Shown one piece after another: positions 20,946 through 30,116 of a stretch of 61,494 nt of DNA (its first letter is position 1; every line of letters begins with the position of its first letter). Made by a program: the position numbers and the translations under genes. Below the pieces are notes generated by a model. That model did no database searches. It was not told the origin of the DNA and was given only the letters and a program-made list of their open reading frames with translations. Source of the stretch: an uncultured Alphaproteobacteria bacterium (GTDB taxonomy: Bacteria > Pseudomonadota > Alphaproteobacteria > CAAHEQ01 > UBA3637); contig CASECI010000011.1 of assembly GCA_949286465.1 (NCBI GenBank), forward strand, positions 1 to 61,494. Direction: 5' to 3'.

Positions 20946-21840
20946 TTCTTATTCCTAATAAGTTAGACACATAGTCTTCAGCTGTAAAATCATGTAAATC
21001 TTCTTTACTTTCTCCTACACCAACATAATGAATAGGTGTATGGAACTGATCTGCTAAAGCAACTAAGATGCCTCCTTTAGCAGTCCCATCTAATTTTGTC
21101 ATCACGATACCCGTTACATGCGTTATATCTTTAAAAGAAGTCATTTGAGATATAGCATTTTGTCCGACTGTCGCATCCAATGTCAATAAAACGGCATGCG
21201 GTGCAGAAGGATCTATTTTTTGAATAACACGAATAATCTTTTGAAGCTCTTCCATTAAGTCTTTTTTATTTTGAAGTCGTCCGGCTGTATCTAAGAATAA
21301 AACATCATCTCCATTTTTCTGAGCTCGTTGCAAAGCTTCATATGCTACCCCTGCAGGATCACTTCCTTGCTCTTTTGCATAAACAGAACAACCTGTTTTC
21401 TTGCCCCACATTTGTAATTGCTCGATAGCGGCCATACGGAAAGTATCAACAGCCCCAAAAGAAACTTGAAGACCTTGCTCTTTCATCTGTTGTGCCAGTT
21501 TACCTATTGTTGTTGTTTTTCCTGCTCCATTTACACCAACCATTAAAATAACAAATGGTCTTTTATCTCTATTAATCTGCAAAGGAACTGCAATATCTTT
21601 CATTTTTCTAACCAGCTCTTGATAAATAAGTTCTTTTGCCTCTTCCGGCGTTTGAACTTTCTTTTTTTCGAGCATCGTTCTAAGAGACATCGCTGTTTTT
21701 ACGCCCATATCTGACAAAATAAGAGCTTCTTCTATTTCATCAAGAGCTTTGTCATCTATCCGTGTGAATGTAAACGCTTTAGATACTTGATTCGAGGTTT
21801 TTTCTAAACCGCTTTTAAATCTCTGCCACCAGTTCACCAT
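20938..21840 (-). CDS. ftsY: Signal recognition particle receptor
   Basis: GVNGAGKTTTIGK, DTFR, DTAGRLQ, TKLDGTAKGG, GVGE. Confidence 0.97.
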   Translation of the reverse strand: MVNWWQRFKSGLEKTSNQVSKAFTFTRIDDKALDEIEEALILSDMGVKTAMSLRTMLEKKKVQTPEEAKELIYQELVRKMKDIAVPLQINRDKRPFVILMVGVNGAGKTTTIGKLAQQMKEQGLQVSFGAVDTFRMAAIEQLQMWGKKTGCSVYAKEQGSDPAGVAYEALQRAQKNGDDVLFLDTAGRLQNKKDLMEELQKIIRVIQKIDPSAPHAVLLTLDATVGQNAISQMTSFKDITHVTGIVMTKLDGTAKGGILVALADQFHTPIHYVGVGESKEDLHDFTAEDYVSNLLGIRNE

Positions 21841-23014
21841 CTTTTACTTCCTTATTTTTTACATTCACGAATGTCCCTGGATGTATCGCTTTATCAACAT
21901 AGGTTTTGATATAATGTGTATTAAATCCAAATCCTTCTTGCTCAACAAGGACGATATCATTCTTACCAATTTGATTTTCTAAATAGTTCTTTAATAAGTT
22001 TTGTCCTTTTTCGCGTAGTTGTCTAGCTCTTTCTCGTCGCGTTTGAACATCAACCATTGGTAACTGAGCTGATGCTGTCCCTGGTCGCACAGAAAAAGGA
22101 AAAACATGCAACAAATATATTTGCGCTTCTTCTATTAAATCTAAAGTTTGCTGAAACATTTCTTCTGTTTCTGTCGGAAATCCCGTTATAAAATCTGATC
22201 CTATCATAATATCAGGTCTTTGTTTCCTTAATTTTGAAACTAAATTTAAAACATCTTCCCGCCGATGACGCCTTCCCATTCTTTTTAAAATTGTATTATC
22301 TCCAGCTTGAATAGATAAATGAATATGAGGCATCAATCGTTCCTCTTGACCAAATAAGGCAATCAATTTGTCATCTACGCCCGCAGGATCTAAAGAACCC
22401 ATTCGTAAACGTTTTAATGTTGGAATTTCTTTTAAAACACGTTCAACTAAATCAGATAATCCATAAGGATAACTTGTAACATCTATCCCAGTTAAAACCA
22501 ACTCTGAATAGCCTTTTAAAACTAATCTTTTTGCCTCTTCAATGACAACATCCGGCAAAAGACCTTTATTCTTCCCTCGAACTAAATTAACAACACAAAA
22601 AGTACATTTATGGTCACACCCTTGTTGAACTTGGATAAATGCACGCGTTCTACCTTCAAAATCCGTAACAAGTGGAATATCAAAAGCAACATCTTTAACA
22701 GAACCAACCATACATTTTTCTGAAGACAATAGTGCTTTTATATCTAATTTCTCTCGGTTCCCTAAAACACGATCAACCTCAGGCATTGTTTCGTAAATAT
22801 CTGAATGAAATTGAACGGCACATCCTGTTGCAAAAATTCTCGAATGAGGATTTTCTTTCTTTAACTTTCTAATGGTCTGTCGACATTGACGCTCAGCTTC
22901 GCCGGTAACAGCACATGTATTAACTAATATAACATTATCCAAATCAGGAACAAGCTCTTTGATTCGGGCGGATTCATATGCATTAATTCGACATCCAAAG
23001 GTGACCACTTTCAT
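21815..23014 (-). CDS. mtaB: tRNA methylthiotransferase (radical SAM)
   Basis: TFGCRIN, NTCAVT, GCDHKCTFC, GFPTET; alpha-type mtaB-ftsY synteny. Confidence 0.9.
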   Translation of the reverse strand: MKVVTFGCRINAYESARIKELVPDLDNVILVNTCAVTGEAERQCRQTIRKLKKENPHSRIFATGCAVQFHSDIYETMPEVDRVLGNREKLDIKALLSSEKCMVGSVKDVAFDIPLVTDFEGRTRAFIQVQQGCDHKCTFCVVNLVRGKNKGLLPDVVIEEAKRLVLKGYSELVLTGIDVTSYPYGLSDLVERVLKEIPTLKRLRMGSLDPAGVDDKLIALFGQEERLMPHIHLSIQAGDNTILKRMGRRHRREDVLNLVSKLRKQRPDIMIGSDFITGFPTETEEMFQQTLDLIEEAQIYLLHVFPFSVRPGTASAQLPMVDVQTRRERARQLREKGQNLLKNYLENQIGKNDIVLVEQEGFGFNTHYIKTYVDKAIHPGTFVNVKNKEVKDGELVAEI

Positions 23015-23104
23015 GTTTCTTTTTTACCTTTTTTTTCATATCTTGTCTAGTTTTTAATCAAAAACCATGTATAATAAAAATAGAAAAGACAAAAGGAGAT
23101 AAAA

Positions 23105-24205
23105 ATGGATCAAGGTATACACCCATTAGTTGCTATAGGATTAAAGAGTGATACAGCGATTACCGGAGTCGATGCAGCTCTTGTAAAAACAGATGGGATT
23201 GATATATTTGAAAATAATCTCTCTATTTCTCGCCCTTATTCGGAGGAACTTCGCAAAGAAATAAAGTCGGTTCTAGGAGAAAAAGGACAACTTGACGTCG
23301 GACATTTAAAAGAAGTTGAACAAAAAGTAACTCAGCACCATATTGAAACTGTACAAGCACTTTTAGACTTAGCTGATAAAAATCCTCTTAATATAGACGT
23401 TATTGCATTTCCAGGTCATACTGTTTTAAACAGACCTAGTCAAAAACTATCTATTCAAATAGGAAATGCTCAAGAAATGTTAGAGGCTTTTGGAAGACCA
23501 GTTGTCAACCGTTTTTATCAATCTGATTTAGCTTCAGGAGGACAAGGTTCTCCTATATTTCCTTCTTTCTTTGATGCCATGACAAGAGAAATTGAAAAGC
23601 CTTTAGCTATTTTATCCATCGGCGGATTAACTTCTCTATCTTATATTGGAATTAATGGTGAATTAGCAGCTTTTGAAGTAGGCCCAGGGAATGTTTTAAT
23701 TGACCAATGGATGCAAACACGAATGGGTGCAGAAATGGACTTTGATGGGTTGTGGGCAGCCAAAGGAATGATTGATCAACGTTTGTTGAAAAAATTAATG
23801 TCTCATCCTTATTTTTCTAAGCTTCCCCCGAAATCTGCAGACAGAGACGAATTTGATATGTTGCTTCAAGATGTCGATGGTTCGAGTGTTGCAGATGGTG
23901 CTGCTACATTAACAGCCTTAACAGTCCAATCAATTGTTGAAGGAGCAAAATTTCTTCCTGAATACCCATCAAAATGGATTGTAATTGGTGGAGGAGCTTT
24001 TAATCCTTCCCTTATTAAAGGATTAAAACAATCTTTAAGAGGAACCGTTATAACAGGCGAAGAACTTCATTGGAATACATCAAATATTGAAGCGCAAGGA
24101 TTTGCTTTTTTAGCTGTTCGAACTTTATTTAACTTACCTATTTCTTTCCCGACAACAACCGGTGTTCCTGCTCCTATGCCTGGTGGACGCATCCATCAAA
24201 AATAA
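23105..24205 (+). CDS. anmK: Anhydro-N-acetylmuramic acid kinase homologue with divergent catalytic motifs
   Basis: GVDAAL, GGQGSP, GPGNVLID, PPKS, EAQGFAFLA, FPTTTGV; several conserved residues substituted. Confidence 0.8.
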   Translation: MDQGIHPLVAIGLKSDTAITGVDAALVKTDGIDIFENNLSISRPYSEELRKEIKSVLGEKGQLDVGHLKEVEQKVTQHHIETVQALLDLADKNPLNIDVIAFPGHTVLNRPSQKLSIQIGNAQEMLEAFGRPVVNRFYQSDLASGGQGSPIFPSFFDAMTREIEKPLAILSIGGLTSLSYIGINGELAAFEVGPGNVLIDQWMQTRMGAEMDFDGLWAAKGMIDQRLLKKLMSHPYFSKLPPKSADRDEFDMLLQDVDGSSVADGAATLTALTVQSIVEGAKFLPEYPSKWIVIGGGAFNPSLIKGLKQSLRGTVITGEELHWNTSNIEAQGFAFLAVRTLFNLPISFPTTTGVPAPMPGGRIHQK

Positions 24206-24212
24206 CAGCTCT

Positions 24213-24605
24213 TTAAAATTGGGCGAGCACTTGAAATTGTTCTATTAGTTTTTGAGAGGCTTCAGGAGTTAATGATAATATCATCATAAAAGATAAAAGA
24301 TTATGAGCTGTAGAAAAAAGTGTTAATGTTCGTGCAATCCAAACCAATACTTTCTTTCCTGTTTGCTGTTCATACCTTCTAGAAGAGCGGTAAATTCCAA
24401 CAGCTTGCCACAAAGAAATCAAAAAAACAGCTAAATAATAATTCATTAAAGAGCGTTCAATTAAATCTATGCGCCCAGAACGAATAAAATATAACAATAA
24501 ATATGCAAATGAAAAACTAAGTCCGATATTAAGGAGAACATAATTTATCCAAAAGCTCCTTTTCAGAGAATAATCCCCCTTCCAATGTTTTATAAAAAAA
24601 TTCAT
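24213..24605 (-). CDS. Hypothetical membrane protein (about 3 TM)
   Basis: HWKGDYSLKRSFWIN...WQAVGIYRS; ATGA overlap with upstream gene. Confidence 0.75.
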   Translation of the reverse strand: MNFFIKHWKGDYSLKRSFWINYVLLNIGLSFSFAYLLLYFIRSGRIDLIERSLMNYYLAVFLISLWQAVGIYRSSRRYEQQTGKKVLVWIARTLTLFSTAHNLLSFMMILSLTPEASQKLIEQFQVLAQF

Positions 24606-25069
24606 TTTCTAGTCTCTTCTATATTTTCTTTAACAAGCTCTTCAGAAAACAAATAAACAACATCAAAAAAACGAGGCAAATTCAGTTCTGGTTGCAAATC
24701 TATTTTATCCACAAGTTGATAAGTTTTTTCTTTCGGAGAATATACAATTAAGTCTTCATCTACTTCTCCCAATACGAGGAAAGCTTGTCCTCTTTTTCGA
24801 GAAGAATAATCTATATTAACCTCTAACAAGCTTGGAAATGTATATCCTAAATTATCTCTCTTATGTGAGTGGACCCCAAAAAATTGCATCCCATTCCAGA
24901 GCATGCCATCAGTTAGATTTAAAAAATGTACATAATCCATAGGTAAGTTTGGAATCTTGTGTCTTCCCAAAGTTAACCTTAATAAACGAATATCATCCTC
25001 TTTTGCAGGAGGAAACAAAACAGCTCCGACTTTATAAATTTTATTTAGAAGACGCTTGAGTAAAATCAT
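24602..25069 (-). CDS. SUKH/SMI1-KNR4 (YrhA-like) immunity-type protein
   Basis: FPPA...LPMDYVHFLNLTDGMLWNGMQFFG...FLVLGE..Y resembles the SUKH LPxDYxxFL..NG core; follows HNH-like gene. Confidence 0.75.
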   Translation of the reverse strand: MILLKRLLNKIYKVGAVLFPPAKEDDIRLLRLTLGRHKIPNLPMDYVHFLNLTDGMLWNGMQFFGVHSHKRDNLGYTFPSLLEVNIDYSSRKRGQAFLVLGEVDEDLIVYSPKEKTYQLVDKIDLQPELNLPRFFDVVYLFSEELVKENIEETRK

Positions 25070-25071
25070 TC

Positions 25072-25680
25072 TTACCTACCTGGCATACTTTTTTGAGCAA
25101 GAGCTTTAAAAGCACTTTCAGAATATCCGGCATAAACACTTCTATCATGCTTGCCTTTTCCCCCTGATCCAGTGTACATGGTCAATGGAATATAAACTTT
25201 TCCAGTCGGAACAGGAATGTATAATTTTAAAGGTCTTGTATTAATATCCATCCCTTCCATTTGCATATCCATAAAACGATGAATATCTTCATGGAAAGGT
25301 CTATCTTGAATAAGAACCATATTAGAAAAATCGGCTTGTCCGGTATAATCAAAAGGTATTTTTAAGTGCACATTAAAGTTCTCTGGGATAATTCCTTTTT
25401 TCAAATAGAAGATGCTATCTTCGTCAATACCAGCAGCACGCAAGTCATTAATATAGTTATAAGAAAGATATCGTAAAAAATCTCTTTGGACACGTTTATA
25501 TTGCTTTCTACGACTAACTTTTTCTAGTAAAGTCAAGGGATAAGCAGTTGCTTCCACTAAATCCATTCCAGGGAAATTCATCTGTTGAAATTTCATTTCC
25601 CAATAAGCTAAATCATGTAACATTTGATCTGTTACACGAACAGAAGAGCGTTTAGGAGAAGGGAACAAAGTTTCAGACAT
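25072..25680 (-). CDS. HNH-fold polymorphic-toxin-like protein, catalytic His apparently replaced
   Basis: GIIPENFNVHLKIPFDYTGQADFSNMVLIQDRPFHEDIH matches VHHxxP...N.....HxxxH with the second His as Leu. Confidence 0.7.
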   Translation of the reverse strand: MSETLFPSPKRSSVRVTDQMLHDLAYWEMKFQQMNFPGMDLVEATAYPLTLLEKVSRRKQYKRVQRDFLRYLSYNYINDLRAAGIDEDSIFYLKKGIIPENFNVHLKIPFDYTGQADFSNMVLIQDRPFHEDIHRFMDMQMEGMDINTRPLKLYIPVPTGKVYIPLTMYTGSGGKGKHDRSVYAGYSESAFKALAQKSMPGR

Positions 25681-25684
25681 TCAT

Positions 25685-27850
25685 CTATGTCTCCAACTCT
25701 TCTAATTCTTCATTCAATGAATTAGCTAACATATCCAAATCCGTATTTTCCCGCTGAGCAACGATCCAGTAAGGGACGAAAGGAGATGCAGGAAGAGAAC
25801 ACTTTTTCCTCATTCCTTTATCCAAATACCATCTTGGAGAGTCTGCCAGAATAGGCCTATTTAAGAAACCTTGCATAATCACATATTGCTTCATCGCATC
25901 CAAGCTCATCATTTCAGAAGCGCCAACAACAGACTGGCTCTGCAAAGAAGTCGATACATTTTGGCTCATTTTTGGATTAATTCCAAAAATACCTTCTTGA
26001 GAAGAAACACTAGTTGTTTTAATTGTTTTCGTACCAATCATTTTCTCGAAGCGCTGTGCGGTCTGTTCATTGTTTTGAGCCAAAATAACTTTAGCTGCGG
26101 TTGTTGTAATAATCGTTTCCAAATCGTCCTTACCATACTGACCTGAAATCTGGCCTAAATCCTGTCCAATCAACAGATAAGAAACCTTTTGGCCACGACC
26201 GACGGCAGGGCCATCTTTAACAGCAGATAACTTTGGCATTTGAGGAAATTCATCCAAGACGAACATAACGGGGAAAGGCCCGGATTTAACGCCATCAGAA
26301 CCGACAAAGTTAGGAGGATTGGCAATTAAGAAAGATGACATCAATTCGATAAAAATACCCGTAATAACGGATAAGGCACGAGCGTCTACCTGATTAACTG
26401 ATAAGTAGACAGAAATAGGCTTCATTTCACCCGTGATTGGATCTCTCATTCCTCTTAAATCACGAAAGGTAAAATCAGAGAAACGGGTTCTTGCTCGAAC
26501 AGCAGAGTTTTTAAACACGCCTATTCCTGTTAAAGCTGTTGATAAAATAGACCCACGTTCTTTATCTGGCGTACTTGCCAATTGGTTCATCTCTAGCATA
26601 GCTCTTTGAGAATAGTGGAAACGAGAACATTCCTGAACAGCAAAATCCAAAACATCTCGCATCGGGTCAGCTAAAGCAGCCATCTGATCACCTTCATTAG
26701 CCCGACGTTTAATATCCGCAGCAATTTTCATTTGCGTATCATTAAGCCAATCAAGAATCATAGCGATACAAGGTTCACATCCATGCCAATATTCTGGTAA
26801 ACCTTCCCAAGTACCTATAGGAGCATAGTTATCGTATGTTAAAGTTCCATCTTGAATAGCCTGCATTGCGGAACGAGCGCTCAGATCCGGCATTTCTGCA
26901 TAATATGTCATCAAAACTTTAGCATCCTCTTCATCAAAGGAGCCATCCATCAGGCGTGCTGTAAAATAGTCATTTGCACGAGCTCTTTCACACTTACTGG
27001 AGATAAAATGTAAGAAGCCAGACATTGCATTACGTCCAGTCTTAGACCAGTGAGGATCTGCACCTCCTTTTGGTTCTTCAACAATAACAGCCACCATAGA
27101 GTCAATATACATATCGCGAGCTGGTCCTGGAGGAGGCAAACAACTTGCAGACAGAGGGTTCCAAGAAGGATAATAAATTCCTTTAGCCGGATCATCTTCT
27201 TCACCCCAGTTAATAACGAATACAGGGCCTTGTGTTGCGCGATATCCGGACGTTTTAAAACACAATTCAGGTTTAGGGTCATTAACAATAATACTCATTC
27301 CTGGAGATTCAAGAATAGTTGGAATAACAACCCCTACTGTTTTACCTGTTCCAGGAGGAGCCACAACAAGAGCAGATAAGGTTTCGGGCATCTTAAGAAG
27401 CTTACCTTTAAAGCGACCTAAAACGATAACGAAGCCATCAAACAGCTTCATTTTCTTGACATCGGCATAAGTTGCCAAGCGCCCCCCGCCAAAAGTTTTT
27501 AACATAAAGTCATAAGGGTTTAGGACCCATGCTAAACAAAAAACAAAGCCCCAAGTTAGAAATGGAGATAAACCTATTAACCCACCTAACAACCCATCTT
27601 GGCGCAACATAAGGCGGAACCACTTTGTATATTGATGCCACATTATAGTTGGCTTTTTAATAGCAGATACTAAATAGCTCCATACTTCCGCGATAGATTG
27701 CCTACTTAAGCCATTATCTAGAATATGCCAAAAAGGAACAATAAGATACAACATCAGCAACCCAATAATAGCACCGATAAAAAACCATACGATTAAATGT
27801 GAGATTGCTTTATCTCTATCTGCATATTCTCCTGGACGTTGTAAAACCAT
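25685..27850 (-). CDS. virD4: Type IV secretion coupling protein (VirD4/TraG family)
   Basis: Two N-terminal TMs; Walker A APPGTGKT-VGVVIPT; DPKPE; WNPL; Walker B MFVLDEFPQM; QDLGQI..YG. Confidence 0.9.
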   Translation of the reverse strand: MVLQRPGEYADRDKAISHLIVWFFIGAIIGLLMLYLIVPFWHILDNGLSRQSIAEVWSYLVSAIKKPTIMWHQYTKWFRLMLRQDGLLGGLIGLSPFLTWGFVFCLAWVLNPYDFMLKTFGGGRLATYADVKKMKLFDGFVIVLGRFKGKLLKMPETLSALVVAPPGTGKTVGVVIPTILESPGMSIIVNDPKPELCFKTSGYRATQGPVFVINWGEEDDPAKGIYYPSWNPLSASCLPPPGPARDMYIDSMVAVIVEEPKGGADPHWSKTGRNAMSGFLHFISSKCERARANDYFTARLMDGSFDEEDAKVLMTYYAEMPDLSARSAMQAIQDGTLTYDNYAPIGTWEGLPEYWHGCEPCIAMILDWLNDTQMKIAADIKRRANEGDQMAALADPMRDVLDFAVQECSRFHYSQRAMLEMNQLASTPDKERGSILSTALTGIGVFKNSAVRARTRFSDFTFRDLRGMRDPITGEMKPISVYLSVNQVDARALSVITGIFIELMSSFLIANPPNFVGSDGVKSGPFPVMFVLDEFPQMPKLSAVKDGPAVGRGQKVSYLLIGQDLGQISGQYGKDDLETIITTTAAKVILAQNNEQTAQRFEKMIGTKTIKTTSVSSQEGIFGINPKMSQNVSTSLQSQSVVGASEMMSLDAMKQYVIMQGFLNRPILADSPRWYLDKGMRKKCSLPASPFVPYWIVAQRENTDLDMLANSLNEELEELET

Positions 27851-27859
27851 TTATTTCCC

Positions 27860-28963
27860 CTATTTAATATTGAGCGCTTGTTTTATCTCGTTTAATTTTT
27901 CATCTGCCGGTTTTTCATTATCTGCAGGAAATGCCATTTGGAATGTTGGTAGTTCATCTGGCTGTCCTAAATTAGTCCGACAAACAATTATTTTTAACTC
28001 AGCCCAAGTTGCCATCATATCTTCAGCATTAATAATTGTTCCTTTATCCTTAACTAAAATGCTCTGACCAGTCATTTGGATTCCTGCAGTTTTAAGTAAA
28101 CTGAGGATATGTTCTTGTTTTCTCTGTAAAAGCGTGACAGGGGAGATACGATGAGAACTTTCAGAATACCACAAAGGATCATCATTATTAAACCTTTCCT
28201 CATCAGCAAGCCATTCTCCCTCTTCTGAATCTTTTTGGACGAAGAAAATTTTATCTTTTGATATAGCCATCCAATCGATTTCTATATCATTAACGGCGAC
28301 ATTTGTAAGAACGTGACATCCGGCTGTTTCCATTATTTGTACGAGGTCTTCAACAACCGGTTCTTTTTTTTCTTGAGTTAAGTCCAATGGCATAAGCTCG
28401 TCAGTCGCGCCATTTTCTTCGAATGGCGAGTTCATATTAAAGTCCAAATCATCTGACAGTTCACGATGTGAAAAATGCGTATTTTCCTTCAAGGGGAATG
28501 ACTGCTCCAAAGAAGGATTAGCTATCATCATATTATCAGCACTTTTTGAGGCCGGCGTTGTGAATGTATTTGATAAAGGTTTTGGACGAATTTCTTTATA
28601 GGATCGTTTTTTCTGCACTCTGATTTTCCGACTTGTTTTTTGAAGAGCTTTTGTTTTACGTCCATATATTTGGTTCCAGAATAGCCTTTCATAAATTCTT
28701 TGATAAGGGATTGTCATAAAAAAGCAATAGCCAATAATCCAGACTGGAATAGCTAAGAACAGCGTAAGCACAAATGTCCAATAATAAGTTCCTTGAATAA
28801 TCCACCCGTCATACCACCATTGTTGAAAAATATAACGCCAATGCCAGCCATAGAACATATCAAAGCCCCAATTGTTGTAGAGAAACCAATTGAGGCAATA
28901 AAAATAAACTATAGACCATATAACAAAGATGAAAGTATTTCGTTCAAGTGATTTCAATGTCAT
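27860..28963 (-). CDS. Membrane-anchored protein with C-terminal NERD/PD-(D/E)XK-like domain
   Basis: Two N-terminal TMs, disordered linker, EIDWMAISKDKIFFVQKD..GEW...W...SPV; SD before ATG 28963. Confidence 0.6.
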   Translation of the reverse strand: MTLKSLERNTFIFVIWSIVYFYCLNWFLYNNWGFDMFYGWHWRYIFQQWWYDGWIIQGTYYWTFVLTLFLAIPVWIIGYCFFMTIPYQRIYERLFWNQIYGRKTKALQKTSRKIRVQKKRSYKEIRPKPLSNTFTTPASKSADNMMIANPSLEQSFPLKENTHFSHRELSDDLDFNMNSPFEENGATDELMPLDLTQEKKEPVVEDLVQIMETAGCHVLTNVAVNDIEIDWMAISKDKIFFVQKDSEEGEWLADEERFNNDDPLWYSESSHRISPVTLLQRKQEHILSLLKTAGIQMTGQSILVKDKGTIINAEDMMATWAELKIIVCRTNLGQPDELPTFQMAFPADNEKPADEKLNEIKQALNIK

Positions 28964-29087
28964 GATACTACCTTTTCTTTTTTTGTATATCATACAAAAA
29001 AAATCACAAACTTTCTAGCATAAAATGAGAAATTTCATTTTTTTTAACATTTTTCAATATATTTTTGTCAAAACCATAATTTATATT

Positions 29088-29116
29088 AAAAGAGTAGTCC
29101 AAAAGACTACTCTTTT
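29088..29116. terminator. Rho-independent terminator of RHH gene
   Basis: AAAAGAGTAGTC-caaaa-GACTACTCTTTT. Confidence 0.8.
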
Positions 29117-29130
29117 AATAAAACTAGTCA

Positions 29131-29427
29131 TTACTGTGCTCTGACGACATTCAAGACTTGCTCAACGCGGAAACTTGGAGAAGCCTCAACAACAGGCTTA
29201 ACATTCACTTCATATTTAGCGAGTGAGCGACGATAATAAGTTAGTACGAATAATCTTGTCGCCGAAGATAAGCCTGAATTTCCTTTAGAAGAGTCTATCA
29301 ACGAGCAAAGTTTATATAACGAGATATTTTCTCTTTTACAAATATCCGAAAGCGCCAACCATGTTTCTTTATCTAATCTCATACTTGTTCTACGACCATT
29401 TACAACGACATTCTTACACAATAGCAT
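29131..29427 (-). CDS. Ribbon-helix-helix (RHH_4) DNA-binding protein
   Basis: KNVVVNGRRTSMRLD...WLAL..I..RE...LSSATRLFVL. Confidence 0.88.
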   Translation of the reverse strand: MLLCKNVVVNGRRTSMRLDKETWLALSDICKRENISLYKLCSLIDSSKGNSGLSSATRLFVLTYYRRSLAKYEVNVKPVVEASPSFRVEQVLNVVRAQ

Positions 29428-29564
29428 TGTTTTTTCCCCTTAAATCCTTTATATTAAATTAATTCATGATTCTTTTATTCGAATCGACAACACAACTATT
29501 ATACGAATAATATTTTGTTCAATCAACCATTAAATGGTATTTTGCATAAAAAATTGTTAAAATA

Positions 29565-30116
29565 ATGAAAAATACACGTAAAAATAGCAGCTCTTCTCAT
29601 AAGATAAGAATTTGTGACCACCCTGATTGTCATGAAGAGGGATTATTTCGAGCTCCTAAAGACAGATCTCTTCGAAGCTATTATTGGTTTTGTTTAAAGC
29701 ACGTTCAAGAATACAACAAAAACTGGAATTACTACGCAGGACTGTCCCCTGAAGAAATAGAACACGAAATACGAGAAGATTTAGTTGGACATAGGCCCAC
29801 ATGGAAAGTTAATAACCTTCACTCCAAACGTTTTAAAGACTCGTTTCATTTATTTGACGATATTCCTCTTAATTCTTCCACGTCTGAAAAATATCAAGAA
29901 AAAGAAAAACCATTTATTGCATCTATTGAACATTTAAAAGCAATTAAAACGCTCAAACTAAGACCTCCTATTTCTTTAGCATCAGTCAAAAAAAGCTATA
30001 AAAATTTAGCAAAAAAACATCACCCTGATGTCAATGGAGGCGATAAAGAAGCTGAAGAGATTTTCAAAGAAATTACACAAGCTTATCATCTTCTCTGCGA
30101 AGCATTAAAACGTTAA
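29565..30116 (+). CDS. DnaJ (J-domain) protein, alphaproteobacterial type
   Basis: [28 protein letters not shown]; C-terminal HHPD J-domain. Confidence 0.9.
   Translation: MKNTRKNSSSSHKIRICDHPDCHEEGLFRAPKDRSLRSYYWFCLKHVQEYNKNWNYYAGLSPEEIEHEIREDLVGHRPTWKVNNLHSKRFKDSFHLFDDIPLNSSTSEKYQEKEKPFIASIEHLKAIKTLKLRPPISLASVKKSYKNLAKKHHPDVNGGDKEAEEIFKEITQAYHLLCEALKR

Noticed and set aside
24213-28993. virD4 region as an ICE or conjugative element
   Set aside because: No relaxase, virB4, integrase, recognisable oriT or flanking direct repeats seen.
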